Below are positions 24,505-37,142 of a stretch of 64,000 nucleotides of DNA, piece by piece. Location: assembly GCA_964187785.1 (NCBI GenBank), contig OZ076413.1, forward strand, positions 66,898,001-66,962,000. The letters run 5' to 3'. A program made the position numbers and the translations under genes. Numbering within the stretch: the stretch's first letter is position 1; each line of letters opens with the position of its first letter. The notes beneath the pieces are model-generated. The model saw only the letters and a list, made by a program, of their open reading frames with translations. It was not told where the DNA came from and made no database searches. The stretch comes from Amphiscolops sp. MND2022. Taxonomy: Eukaryota.

Positions 24505-27500
24505 ATGACCGATTCACAGGAAAAAGTCCAGAAGTTGCACGAAAGCCGATTGAAGGCACAAACTGAACTGAACAGCTTACAACAGAAGATTTCTGAGTCC
24601 ATCGCCAATGCAGACAGACGAGTAAAAGTTGAACGTCACGTGAAAGAAGCTGAAGATGCAATGACGAAAGCATTTAACAAGAACGAACAAATTATTTCGC
24701 TTGTATCAAAGTCTACTAATGCCGAGACACTCAAAGCTGACCCAAAACTGTGGTTGAAAGAGGTCATTGAGCAAAACGATGAAATCTTAAGACAAGCTCG
24801 TGACTATATTGATGCTTGTCCTGCAGCTGATGAAAAATCACAATCGTCTGTCGGCACGGTGAACGAAAAGGCTTCAAAAAGATCTTCGATATCAACAAAA
24901 TCGAAAACGAGTCAGAAACAGAAAAAACTCGTTTTAGCCATGCAACGTCGGGAAGAACTGGAACGACAGGGTGAAAATGCTCTCGGTTCAGCCAAGCAGA
25001 GACATGAGTTCGCTCTGAAACGCTCAGAGGAGGAACAGGCCCTCCAACTAGAAGAAATGGCAGAAAACCGACGAAAACTTGCGGAAGCAAGAATTACCGA
25101 ACTGGAGTTGACTGAAAACCTTTCTGAAGCGCCTGGCGAGTTCCACGAAACACTGTCTCGTATTAGCAAACACAGTAGACAAACCACATCACAGAGAGAG
25201 TCCGATTGGGTCAATGAAGTCAATACGGAACCTCCACAAACCGTAACTACTGAGTCCAACAGAATAGGCGAATCTTCGAACCCGCCGATTGCTAGAACAA
25301 CAAAAGAAATTGTTCAGAGCAGCCTTCCTAAACAACTCCCAGCGCTCACATCTGGGCTGAACAATTCACCATTCGCACAGCAGCCCAACGTTGCCGCTCA
25401 ATTTTCACATGCCGGTTACGGCAAACAGCTCCCCTCCTTCACTTGCTGCGGTTAATCAATTACCTTTACTGCATATGCCGGCTTCAGTCGCCCCTACCGC
25501 ACTAATCAATGCAATCCCTACAGCTCAGACCTAATCCGTGCCTCCGCGAACGCAGCTTTCAGTAAACCCAGTTACGATGCAACCTCAGATTAGCATACCA
25601 ACCAGTAACGCCGTCCCTAACCTTTCTGCCTGGACTTTTCCGGCAGGGAACAGCCATCCAATAACAAAATATAGTGCTGCGCCATTGGCTGGAGGTTAAT
25701 TTATTTTTTCAGGTACAGCCGCAGCGCCAATCGTGACTACCACTGGAAGTTCGGTTCCTGTTGTTTCAGTCCAGAGCGGAGGAACAACTTATTACTGCAA
25801 CCCTCAAGGCGTTACGGTTCCTACAGCGACTGCACCGATAATACAATCTGCAACGACACTCATACCGGCTCCTACTGTCCCGAACTTTCAACATCCGACC
25901 ATTCCACCACCAACGCCAACGACAGTGACTGTGCACGACCTGGCCCAACTTTTGTCAGCTGCGAAAAAAGACCATCTTCCCTAGTGGAAACTGGAGCAAT
26001 ATAATGGAGATCCACTGCAATGGCATGAGTGGATAGGCCAGTTTAGGAGTGCCATTGACTCCGCATCACTTTCGAATGATGTGAAGCTGACGTATTTGAA
26101 AACACTCGTGCCGGGCAAAGCGAAGACTGCAATTGCGGAATTTGTATACTGTGGGACTATGTACCAAGATGCACTGAAGACACTCGAGCGTAAATTTGGT
26201 CAACCACAAGCAGTTGTGTCTGCCCATCTCGATAAACTGAGTAATTTCCCACAATTGAAAATGCTTAACAGCGAGAATGTAATAGCATTTTCTGCAACAA
26301 TCGCCGCAATGGTTGGCGTGTTCCGTTCGTTGAAATAAGAACACGACTTGTCAACTGCAGCTTTATTGGGCCAAGCTATGCAGAAACTTCCTCCGAACAT
26401 GAAGGAAGCTTGGTCTCTGCATACTGTTAAGAAGGACTGGACCCGACCGACGCTTTTGGATTTCAACGACTGGTTGAAAGATAAGGCCGAAGCACATGAG
26501 AGAATGAGATTGACTTCGGGGAAAACCCAAGGCCGACGAAACTACTTCCACTGTTACACGCACCAAGACAGGAGCAAAGTGTTCGCCACCGCTAGTTCTA
26601 GCGCACCATCAACTGGAACTGCCTCCAAGACAACACGAGTGCAATTAGCTTGCATTGCTTGCAAAGACAATGATCCTCTATGGCGCTGTCGTGTGTTTCT
26701 CAGTAAAACACCTACCGAACGAGCAAAAGTAGTTGCCGAAAACAAACTTTGCTCCTCGTGTTTGAAAGGAAACCACTCTTTCCGTCAATGCCCGCAACCA
26801 CGCAAATGCAATAGGGATGATTGCTCCAGTTCTCATAAAACTCTGTTGCACGGCGCTGAGCGAGTCCTCCAACCAAGAACCTTCCGAAAACGTCTCGTAA
26901 CCAAATAACTAGTTGTAGTTCCACAACACCAAGCACTCAAACTGGAGAAAGTTCCGGCGTGTGTTCGGTAACCGACATGAAAGGACTTCTCCGAATAACA
27001 GCAGTCGAGGTGGAACTACATACCGGAACTAATTCCGCAAAATGCAAGCTTTGTGTGACTGCCTGCAGTCATTCGTGGATTCACGAAAAACTTGCAACAA
27101 AGCTTAACCTGAAAGGTTTACCAACCAAGTTAACAGTCCATGGGAGAAACTCACAAAAGGTTGTTGACACCGAGATAGTTGAGCTCAAGTTGACGCCAGT
27201 TCATTCGGGTGGCTCTTGTTTCCTTTCGATGTCAAGCCTTATGTGAGGAAGACTTTGCACGTTGGAAATGATGTCATTGATGTGGATTATCTGAAAACAC
27301 TCTACCCTCACTTGGAGCCCATTACTCTGAAGACGTACAGTTACGGAGATGTCGAAATGATACTGGGTCAAGACGTGTTCCATTCAATCCGCCCGTTGGG
27401 GTATTTTGAATCCGACCGAAAAATTCTCCAATTGCCTTTCGAATACCGTTGGGTTGGGTTTTGAGTGGACCATTGCCTTCGACTTCAGGACTCGTTTCGA

Positions 27501-30500
27501 CGTGCTTCAAAGCTGTGATCCAAAGTGAGAGTGACTCCTAGTTGGCTAATCAACTTCGGAGTTGGTACGAAATGGAGTCGTTTGCAGCGAAGAAACAAGT
27601 CGACCCGCGCTCAGCCGCCGATGCTAGGGCGTCGGAAATTTTGCAACACACAAGATATCACGACGGATACCGATATCAAGTAGGTATGTTGTGGGCTGAA
27701 GATGACAGTAGTCTCCAGAACAACTACTTCTCAGCCTTAGTGCAACTGAAATCCCTTAAACGCCGACTCGAACGTACTCCCGATCTGAAAGCAAGCTACG
27801 CCCAGACGATAAAAGACGACTTCGACAAGGGATACATCGTAAGGGTCGACAAGTCCGATCGTTTCAAAGTTGACAACCCTCGTGAGTGGTACCTACGGCA
27901 CCACCCGGTGGTACACCCACACAAGCCAGGTAAAGTACGCCGTGTACTTAATGGCGCAGCTAAATTCCACGGCGTTTCACTGAATAATGCTCTACTTACT
28001 GGGCCACATTTATTACAAACGTTAATTCACGTGCTAATGCGCTTCCGACAACATCCCTATGCTGTCTCCGCTGACATAGAAGGAGTGTTCTTGCAAGTTG
28101 GCGTGATTCCTCAGGACCGACCGTCTCTTCGTTTTCTGTGGCGGGAGGACCCAGCAACAGATGTAGCATTGTACCAATACGTTCGCCACATTTTCGGTTC
28201 AAAGGATTCACCGACTTGCGCCAACTACGCGCTTCAACGAACAGCACGTGATAACCGCAAAAAGTTTCCGGAAGCCGCGAAAAGTGTCGAAAACAATTTT
28301 TACATGGACGATTATCTTGAGTCGAGCCCGACCGTTCAGGAAGTAACCAAGAAAGCTTGTGAAAATATTATCGAGAGGCGATTTCACTCTAACCAAGTTT
28401 GTCAGTAACATACCAAACTTACCGACCAGTCTCGACCCGAAGGTTAAACCTGCTACAGAAACTGATGAGAAACAGTTGGCAGTCGAAGATGAAAATTCTC
28501 ATGTCTTGGGCTTGAAATGGAACCACCGATTTGACACATTAGTTGTCGGCCGCGGAACCAGTCCCGACCCGAACCGACCTGCAACACAACGTGTTGTTTT
28601 GAGCCTGGTCTCGGCAGTTTACGGCCCCATTGGTCTCGTTGAGTACAATAACAATTCAACGTTGTTACTTCCAAGGCAACACTGAATCTGTTTAGTTGCA
28701 CATATTCGGCGACAGCTCTCAGAATGCATTCTCAGCAGTTGCCTATCTCCGTGCGAAGATGAGCAACAGCAAAGGCATGACAGCAGAACTAGCTTTTGTA
28801 TTCGGGAAAGCTCGCGTCGCTCCAATGAAAGCACTCACGATACCGAAGTTGGAGCTTCAAGCAGCTCTTCTCGCAACCCGATTGAAAGATGAACTTCAAA
28901 AAGCACTCACCCTAACTGTCGAGCGAACGTTAATGTGGACAGACAGCACCACTGTACTACAATGGCTCCGTTCCATTGACAAACAACCACTGTTCGTCGC
29001 CAATAGGGTTACCGAGATACTTGAGCTGACGACAGTGGATGAATGGAACCACGTACTAACAGTCGACAATCCGGCCGACGCAGGCAACCGTGGCCTGTCA
29101 GCAAAAGCTCTTTTAGAGAGCACATGGCTCAAAGGCCTCGACTTCTTAAGGACTTCTGATTGGCCCTTCCAGCCATCAGACGAACTTATGAAGACAAAGT
29201 TGAAGAAACTCAACCGCGACAAAGAACCTTGCGAACTCAATTACCAAGAGACGACAGCGAATACGGCGAATGTAGTCTTCAATGCCCTAACTCGTGAGTG
29301 GCAAAAATACAGCTCTTACGAGAAACTTTTGCGCATTTTGGTCTACATTTTGCGTCTTTTGCCGAAATTCTCTGGTAACCGAACAGAAACAGGGTCCATA
29401 ACGGATCCTGCCGAACTCGAAGTAGCCGAGCAGAAACTTATCTACTTGGTACAATCCGAATCATTCCCGTGCGAGACGAAAGCATTGCTGAAATGTTTGC
29501 CGATCAGTAAACCGTCAGTAATAAAAGATTTTATTCCCTTCATTGGTCCAAAAAACGGTCTTCTCCGTGCACAAGGTCGAACAAAACAACTCGAAGTTGT
29601 CAGTTTTGACGTCAAACACCCCATCAGTCGTCACCCAGCAGTTGGATCATTTCTTGAGCATCTACACGAGGAACACTGTCATCAAGGTGTAGAGTACTTG
29701 AGAGCCTTGATACAACAGAAGTATGCCATTGTCAAATTGAGAACTGCATTGCGAACGATACAATCCAGTTGCGTAACTTGTCGCGAACGCAAAGCGGAAA
29801 CTTTGACACCAGTGATGGCTGATTTGCCACAAGAACGCCTCGCCTTTGCATCACCACCTTTCACGAACACTGGATTAGATTACTTTGGTCCCTTTTACGT
29901 TTCTGTCAAACGCTCCACAGAGAAGCGGTGGGGATTCCTCTTCACATGTCTGACTACCCGCGCTGTCCATTTTGAAGTTGTGTCGTCAATGGATACAAGT
30001 AGTTGTGTCATGGGAATTGAGAGATTTGTCTCCCGTCGAGGCATTCCTGCCGTCATCTGGTCGGACAACGGGACAAACTTCGTTGCGACTGAGAAAGAAC
30101 TTCAGAACGTTCTTAACTGGAATTAGCATACCATTACTGAGTCTATGGTATCAACAAGAAAGATATCAACTGGAAATTCAATCCTCCTAGCGCCCCACAC
30201 CATGGCGGTGTCTGGAAAAGGCTAGTGAGAAGTTTTAAACACACTTTCTATGCGATACTTGGCAACAGACGTTTGACGGACGAAATCTTAACAACTGTTT
30301 TCTGTCTCGTAGAGCAGAGCCTCAACGCTCACCCGTTAGTTCCAGCAAGCGCAGATGCCACTGATATGGATGCTTTGACACCCAACCACTTCCTGCTTGG
30401 AACCGCTGGCTCGTCTCTAACATCTCATTCTAACTGATTTCGACCACCGCAAGCGATATGCACGCGCGCAAGCATACTCTGACGCTATCTGGAGCAGGTG

Positions 30501-30761
30501 GCTGAAAGAGTATGTACCGATTTTGAATCGTCGCGCCTAGTGGTCAACACAATCTGACAGACAACTGAAGATTTCGTTTGGATCGTAGAAGCCACAAGCC
30601 CCAGAGGCTACTACCCTCTCGCACGCGTAGTCAAACTCCACTTTAGCAGCGATGCCGTCGCGCGCTCTGTTGAAGTTATAACCACGTCCGGAAAGCTCGT
30701 CCGTCCGGTCGTGAAGCTAGCTCCAGTTCTCCATCCCACCGATCTTGCCGATTCCCATTAA
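24505..30761 (+). pseudogene. Pao gag-pol polyprotein with many stops and frameshifts
   Basis: Coiled-coil gag; DUF1759-like W.LEQYNGDPLQWHEW..KLTYLK; CCHC knuckles (CSSCLKGNHSFRQC); RT (KVRRVLNGA, SADIEG, FYMDDYL); RNase H (HIFGDSS..AVAY); integrase (HEEHCH..CVTC, GLDYFGP, SDNGTNF); C-terminal RGYYPLARV. Confidence 0.92.
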
Positions 30762-30945
30762 CTTCCCTTCTTGTTATTCATTAATATTCATTCACATGCA
30801 CCTTTCCTGTTTAACCACATGTATCTTTGTTACACATGTATCATATAGTGTCGTTGTACCAAACCGATCAAAAAACTGTCAATAAAAAACCTGTTCCTTT
30901 TGTCTTGAAAACGAAAACATTCCTCATCTTCTTGGGCCCGGAGGA

Positions 30946-31356
30946 TGTTGCAGCAGCAATGTCGTTAATTTGAAAGTGAGCAAATAAGGCCAAATAGCTC
31001 AGTTTGTTAGAGCACCGGTCTCGGGACCATAAGATCGCTGGTTCGATTCCCCTAAGGTTCCACATAATTGATGTATTTCGATGAAAATGTGAACATTTTA
31101 CCTTTGAATACCTCAAAATAACCTTGAAAATATTGCATAAAAAGGTCTTGCTATCTTGTTTATCGTTGTTTAATGTTGTTGACATATATCTATTAATTAT
31201 GATTGCTCTTTTGCCTGTCAAAGACATAATTTTGAACATGGTAAAATGGACATTTGCCTCGTTTTATAGCCGATATCAACGTTATCCAAAATACATTGTT
31301 TGGATCGTCTCGTTTCTTAAAAGGAACATTAGAAGCCGAATTCTGAAGTTCTTTCA
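30946..31356 (+). repeat. 3' LTR (411 bp)
   Basis: Follows CCCGGAGGA; same sequence as the 5' LTR; followed by TSD TCTGT. Confidence 0.92.
30988..31062 (+). other. tRNA-like cassette within the 3' LTR (counterpart 22721-22805 in the 5' LTR)
   Basis: 75 nt: GGCCAAA-TAGCTCAGTTTGTTAGAGC (D-arm GCTC/GAGC, A box) ... GGTTCGATTCC (B box) ... GGTTCCA. The anticodon and T stems are degenerate. Confidence 0.75.
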
Positions 31357-31764
31357 TCTGTAAAAGCAAAAGTACTTGGTGTTTATGTGAGCTTGTGTAT
31401 AGGTTAAAATAAAAGTGCAAACGATACGTGAAGACTAACACAAATGCTTCACGATTTTGTATGCTGAAGAAAAGCATAGTAAAAACTTTTCTTCCGAGGC
31501 TACTCCAAATTTTGGGCCACATCAAACTAACTTGAGACACGGTAATAAAATGCGAATTGCAAAAATGCACAAAGACCGAGGAAACACAATTTTTGGAAAG
31601 AAGTATCATGACCATCTTATGCAGAAATATTGATTACAAGAGCTATGAAGGACCCGGATAACAATAAATTTAATCTCGGAAAATGCCTCTCGGTGAACAA
31701 ATACGGGCACAAAAAACGGATACGCGAATCATGTGGATATGAATAACACGGAGTTTACTGCATG

Positions 31765-31767
<3 letters not shown>

Positions 31768-31806
<39 letters not shown>

Positions 31807-31834
31807 TATTATTATTATTATTATTATTATTATT
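31768..31834. repeat. (AAT)n directly abutting (ATT)n, forming a spacer-less palindromic microsatellite
   Basis: About 13 AAT units followed by TATT repeats to 31834; symmetry centre at 31805/31806. Confidence 0.9.
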
Positions 31835-32127
31835 GTTTGTCGTTGTTTTTGTTTTCAATGCAACTAAAAACTCTTCAAAGATCTCAACCCGGAACAACAG
31901 TTTTTGACAACGATTGCTGCAAATGTTGCGGAATTCACGCTAGAACACGACAAAAACAGATTTCATAAATGAGATGTTCTCATTACTTAATAATGATGAT
32001 GTATATAAATGCTTTCTTTGGGTGAGGAAACAAGGGCATCGAACAGGGTTGGCAAAAAAATGTTTTTTTTTCAAAAACGTTTCAAACGTTTGAAACATGT
32101 TTAAAACGTTTTTTTTTCCTAATTGTT

Positions 32128-33114
32128 GTGATAAACTTATTAAATAGGTCAACTTCAGGTTGTTCTGGTGCTTGTGTCTGCTATCACAGATTCTGTTTTT
32201 GGGTAGCCCAACGGGGGATTTTAGAGGCAGACAAGAAAGTGACTAAAATGGAAGCCCTGCAACGCTTATTGAGCAATGATATGGTTGACAGCGATGTGAA
32301 AAATGTATTACAACCTTTGATGACCGAGAACAAGCAAAAAGATATGAAAATTGCCAATCTGGAAGGACAGATGAGACAAATGGAGATCAAAATAAACACG
32401 ATTGAACGATATCAATCGAAAGATTGCCTAATTTTCAGAAACCTGCCAGTCGGAAGTTATGGATCAATTATCAATGACACTGTTGAATTCATCAACCAAG
32501 TGATGAAAGTGACCATCGAGCCAGCTGACCTGAAAGCGTGCCATCCTTTGGGACCCATTAATTTTAAAGGTCAAACAACAGTGATCGCGAAATTCATCTA
32601 CTTCGACCAGAAAGATAGAATTTATAGCAGAAAGAAGTTTTTGAAATTTTATTGTCATCCCACGAACAAGAAACCTGTCTACATCAGTGAACATCTTACC
32701 AAATTTGACATGCAACTGAAAGAAGCAGCTGAAGCCAAATCTATTTTTGTGTCAACGAAAAATTCAGCACCCATCATTCATGTGGAACAAGAAGGTGTTC
32801 GAACCCAGCATGTTATCAATAGCCTCGAAGATGTGATGGAACTGAAGAATATGGCGTTTAAAAGGAAGAAACCTGTGATGTCTACGCATACGAAGTTGCC
32901 AATGTCTGACGCGACTAATCTGAAGACTCCAATGCCGACTCTTGAAAGAGCCCAAGTTGTTATCCCCGCCACGCCGCTAACAACCCGTGTGCCCACAATG
33001 AAAAGAGGTCGGGTCTTGACTCCCACTCAAGACAGTGATATTAAAGAGTTTCTCGAGGAGATAAAAGCAAGGCAAAGCAACAAAGAGGAATTATTAGATT
33101 ATGTACTGGGTTGA
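32128..33114 (+). CDS. LINE ORF1 (coiled coil + RRM-like domain); probable ATG at 32248
   Basis: Open 328-codon frame: coiled coil KIANLEGQMRQMEIKINTIE, then DCLIFRNLP, KACHPLG, VIAKFIYF. Confidence 0.85.
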   Translation: MINLLNRSTSGCSGACVCYHRFCFWVAQRGILEADKKVTKMEALQRLLSNDMVDSDVKNVLQPLMTENKQKDMKIANLEGQMRQMEIKINTIERYQSKDCLIFRNLPVGSYGSIINDTVEFINQVMKVTIEPADLKACHPLGPINFKGQTTVIAKFIYFDQKDRIYSRKKFLKFYCHPTNKKPVYISEHLTKFDMQLKEAAEAKSIFVSTKNSAPIIHVEQEGVRTQHVINSLEDVMELKNMAFKRKKPVMSTHTKLPMSDATNLKTPMPTLERAQVVIPATPLTTRVPTMKRGRVLTPTQDSDIKEFLEEIKARQSNKEELLDYVLG

Positions 33115-33180
33115 TTTCAACGTCCCCGGACGCCAAACAAATGATGGTGGCGGGACAGTCGCTTTCACAGCCCTTTGTGA

Positions 33181-36108
33181 TTGAGGAAAATAGAGTGGAT
33201 TTTGGGCAGTCAGAATAAAACTACAAGTCAACTTGAAGAAAAATATTTATTCGAAAATGAGGAGTGTGTGTCTGAGAATCTCACGTGCTTGAACGTGAAC
33301 ATTCGTTCTTTGAGTAAACATTTTGATGAATTACAGGCGCTGCTAATAACCAAAACAATGAAACCTACCGTTATAGGGTTGACTGAAACATGGCTTGAAA
33401 CGAACGACATGGCAAAGATGTTCAGGTTAAAGGGCTATCACAAAGTAATTACTTGCAATAGGGATTGGGGTAAGCGAGGAGGAGTAGGTTTTTACATCGA
33501 TGATAAACTCAAATTTCGCGTACTTCTGAAAGATACAACGAGAGAATGGTTGGTGGAAGTTCTTTCTCCATTCAAAGCAATTTTAGCTGTTACCTATAGA
33601 TGTGAGAAGAGATATTCCAGAACTGAATATTGCGAGTGGCTTCTCGAGGAACTATCCTCAAATAAGTCGGAAGATAAAGCATTGATAGTTATGGGCGACT
33701 TCAATATTGACCTTTTGATTGACAACTCTCATTCAATCGAACTAATAGATGTAATGAAAGAGTTCAATCTTGAACTGAGTAGTCCCTTGGAGGTAACGAG
33801 GGAGTTCAAAAATTCAAAATCCTGTCTGGATCACATATACTCGGATATCATTGTTTTGCAGAAAGAAGTTATCAAGTGTACTATATCAGATCATTATTTT
33901 GTTTGGATTGAATTGAATAAAAACCTATCTTTTGCGAAAGAATCGAGAATCTATAGGAGTTTTCATTGTCTATCCAAAGATTCAATTCTATTACAATACA
34001 GGTTGAACCTGGAACATTCGTTAAGGTATACTAATTGGGAAAATATCTCTCTGGAAGATGGCTTTCAAAAATTCATCGAAATGTTTCTTACCACCAGCAA
34101 TCAGTTTGCGCCAATGAGAGTTATTCGTGAACGCGAAAACAACTGGATCAATAACAAAATTAAACGCGAACTCAATAGACGTGATCAGTTGTTCAAAAGT
34201 TGGTTGAAAAATCCATCTAACCGAGCCGAATCATTGAAATATAAGACACAAAGGAATAGGGTCAAAAATTTGATAAGGCAGAGGAAGAAAGAATATATAC
34301 AAAGCTCCTTTGATAATTGTCGCGATCTGAAATCATTTCATCGCCAATTGAATTTGATCACTGGGAAAAATACCGATGCTGTGTATCCAAGTTTTACGGA
34401 AACAACTAATATCGATACGTTCAATGAATTTTACGTTAACGTTGGTCCCAATATGCACGAAGTTATTCCGACAGAAAACCCGATCAATTTGAAAAGAAGT
34501 GAAGTTCAATCAATGTTTCTAGAGCCGACTAATGAGGCCGAATTAGCAACAGTTATGAACAAACTGAAAAATAAAACATCCACAGGGCCCTATGGTATAT
34601 CGAATAAATTACTCAAACTGGCAGCACCGGCAATAGTAGCGCCTCTCAATACTCTCATCAATAGATGTTTCAGTGAATCATATTTTCCAGACATTCTCAA
34701 GCTAGCTAAAGTGATTCCAGTATACAAAAACGATGACCCCAATGACTTCTCAAATTATAGACCGATCTCTCTGGTGTCCCCCATTGGAAAGTTAGTCGAG
34801 ATTGTACTTTACAATAGAATGATCAACTACATCAACAAGTTTGATCCACTTCATCCGAACCAATTTGGATTCCGTAAAAAGCATAAAACAGTAGACGCAC
34901 TTGCGTGTGTAATAGAACAATTACGGCGGGCTATTGATGATAAAAAACCGGCTTGTTGTATTTTCCTTGATCTCTCTAAAGCATTCGATAGCATTCACCA
35001 TAACATATTGCTGTCCAAATTGTACAAATATGGTTTTCGAGGGCCAGTACATCACCTCCTAAAATCGTATTTGACCAACAGAAGTCAATACGTTCAAATT
35101 GGCTCCTGTAGATCGGAACTGAAACAAGTCATTTGCGGTGTGCCACAGGGGTCTGTTGTAGGTCCATTAATGTTCATTTTATATGTTAACGATTTACCTG
35201 ACTTCGTACAATAAAATATCACAATGTTTGCGGATGATACAAATCTTTATCAAGAATTGCCCTCCTTCGATCTGATGCATTTCAAAGAGACGATCTGCAA
35301 AATTGAACACTGGATGAATGGTAACAAACTCAAGTGCAACGTTGACAAATCTAAAGCACTAGTCTTTGCTAGTAAGGTACCAACCGATCTTAGTTTTGGA
35401 GAGCTGAACATAAGAAATTTAAAAAGTCTGAAGTATCTGGGAATCATATTGGACAATCATCTCTCGTTCAGTGAACATGTGGCAAAAATCAAAAGTAAAC
35501 TACTATTTTTCATCTACGTTGTACGGAGGTCACGTGACTTTTTAACCAGATCGCAGATGATTTTATTTTACAAGCTACATATCAACCCCTTGGTTCAATA
35601 TGGAGTACTAATCTATGGATGCACGTCTTATTCACAGCTGAGTCCTATTCTCAAAATACAGAAGCGAATTATAAGAACAATGTTCTTTTTGCCGAAATAT
35701 GCGAGTGTCAGTGAAATTATGCTTCGCAATGAACTTCCCACGGTTTATGAGCTACATGTTTATGAATTATTGAAATTTACTTTGAATTGTCTTAGAGGCG
35801 AACACTCCCATCGGTCATTGAATGATCTTTTGCGTCTTCAGAGTGCCAATTATAGTCTACGATCAGTAAAAAGACAAGATGCTATAGTTCCATTTGGAAA
35901 TATGAAGTTAGAACAGTCTTTGTCTAAGAGAATTCCCTTGTTTTATAATAGACTCAATGCTGCTGCTGTCTTACCATCATTGGAGACAATCATGGATATG
36001 AGCGAAGTTCAGGTGAGTAATTTCAAACATGAATTTTGTAGAACTTTCATTTTGGGCAACAGCGACTTCGTCCAATCAGTATTTGGACTCTCAAAAATTA
36101 AAAAATAG
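33181..36108 (+). pseudogene. LINE ORF2 (APE + RT) with one premature stop at 35212-35214 and an unclear start
   Basis: APE and RT motifs are intact. The TAA corresponds to TCA (Ser) in the sister copy (CAATCAAAT at about 15182). Confidence 0.92.
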
Positions 36109-37142
36109 CTGAATGAAATCATAACGTGCTTAATAACACTCAGAATCTCCCTATAGTAGTCACTACAGCGTAAGACGGGCCTAACCCACCCCGCACTGCT
36201 AGTGTCTGCTGGGATTACCTTAGTGTTCGCCTCTATGGAAGTCAAAGCGGTCACCATCGTTCGCTTCAATGTGGGTCAGAGGTTGAACTAGGTAATTCCT
36301 ACAGACATAAAAACAATCTCCTTGGGCCTTAGGGTATGAGTGTCGGCTGTGTTACGACGGATTGTCACTAAAACACCGCGACATTGCTTTCCGAGCAGTT
36401 AGTCAAATAAAATTTCACGGTTTTAAATGATATTTTATCAGCAACACTCCTCATTGTAAATCCTAATTTGTTCAAGGCTTTCGTTAAACGGGCATTGCGC
36501 CTTTGAAGGTCTTTTCTGGTAGTGTCATGCCTATTGTCTGTTTTGAACAAGCTGTTTTATTTAAATAGATACCAGATGAATTGAATTATTATATTATTAT
36601 TTTCCACAATTTTTTCAAAACACATTTTGTCAGATATTTAAAAGCTACGATTTATTTAGGAACTTTTAATGGTAATATATTTGGTGCAATATTATCAAAT
36701 ATAGCCCATTTAAGGTCAATTTTTTGACCTACATTACTCATTTGTGATCTGAAAAAAACAGCACTTTACAGATTATTTCCAAATGACCGCACAACAGAAT
36801 CTATTGTGAAAAATATACATGTATGAAGTACGTCAATTAAAAAAACAATGAATAACAAACATGTGTTTAAACACCCCATGTTTAAAACATGCCAACCCTC
36901 GCATCAAATGGAAATTGGTGATGAAAAAATATGATGAAACGTTTTCATCCTCATGAAAAATACTTTCTAGGCATGCTGTTTCGAGCTGTTCTTGATATTA
37001 ATACGAACCAATTGCCAAATTCTTGAGACAAACAAGCTTTTTATGCTATCAGAATAAGTCGCATCGAAGCGCCAAGTTGTCAAGCGAATTCCACTGTATA
37101 ATGAGCAACGGCCTACTACAATGCCAAAGATTGGTTTATTAC

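Larger units (their letters stand above)
22677..31356 (+). mobile_element. Full-length BEL/Pao LTR retrotransposon (8680 bp), inactivated
   Basis: TG..CA LTRs, perfect 5-bp TSD TCTGT (22672-22676 and 31357-31361), PBS, short PPT (GGAGGA), and gag-PR-RT-RH-IN domain order. Confidence 0.95.
32120..36601 (+). mobile_element. Near full-length CR1/L2-group LINE; 5' boundary approximate
   Basis: ORF1, ORF2 and a 490-nt 3' UTR ending ACCAGATGAATTGAATTATTATATTATT. Confidence 0.92.
32044..36900. mobile_element. Non-autonomous hAT-type element (about 0.4 kb native) interrupted by a LINE
   Basis: TIRs CAGGGTTGGCA / TGCCAACCCTC; 8-bp TSD GCATCGAA / GCATCAAA; AAACATGTTT / AAACGTTT subterminal motifs at both ends. 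Confidence 0.75.

Noticed and set aside
30762-30945. env-like third ORF in the Pao element
   Set aside because: Less than 200 bp lies between pol and the 3' LTR and there is no ORF.
31670-31968. Poly-Asn/poly-Tyr ORFs
   Set aside because: They are translations of the AAT/ATT microsatellite.
35212-35214. Programmed stop read-through or recoding in LINE ORF2
   Set aside because: The sister copies have TCA at this codon, so it is a simple nonsense mutation.
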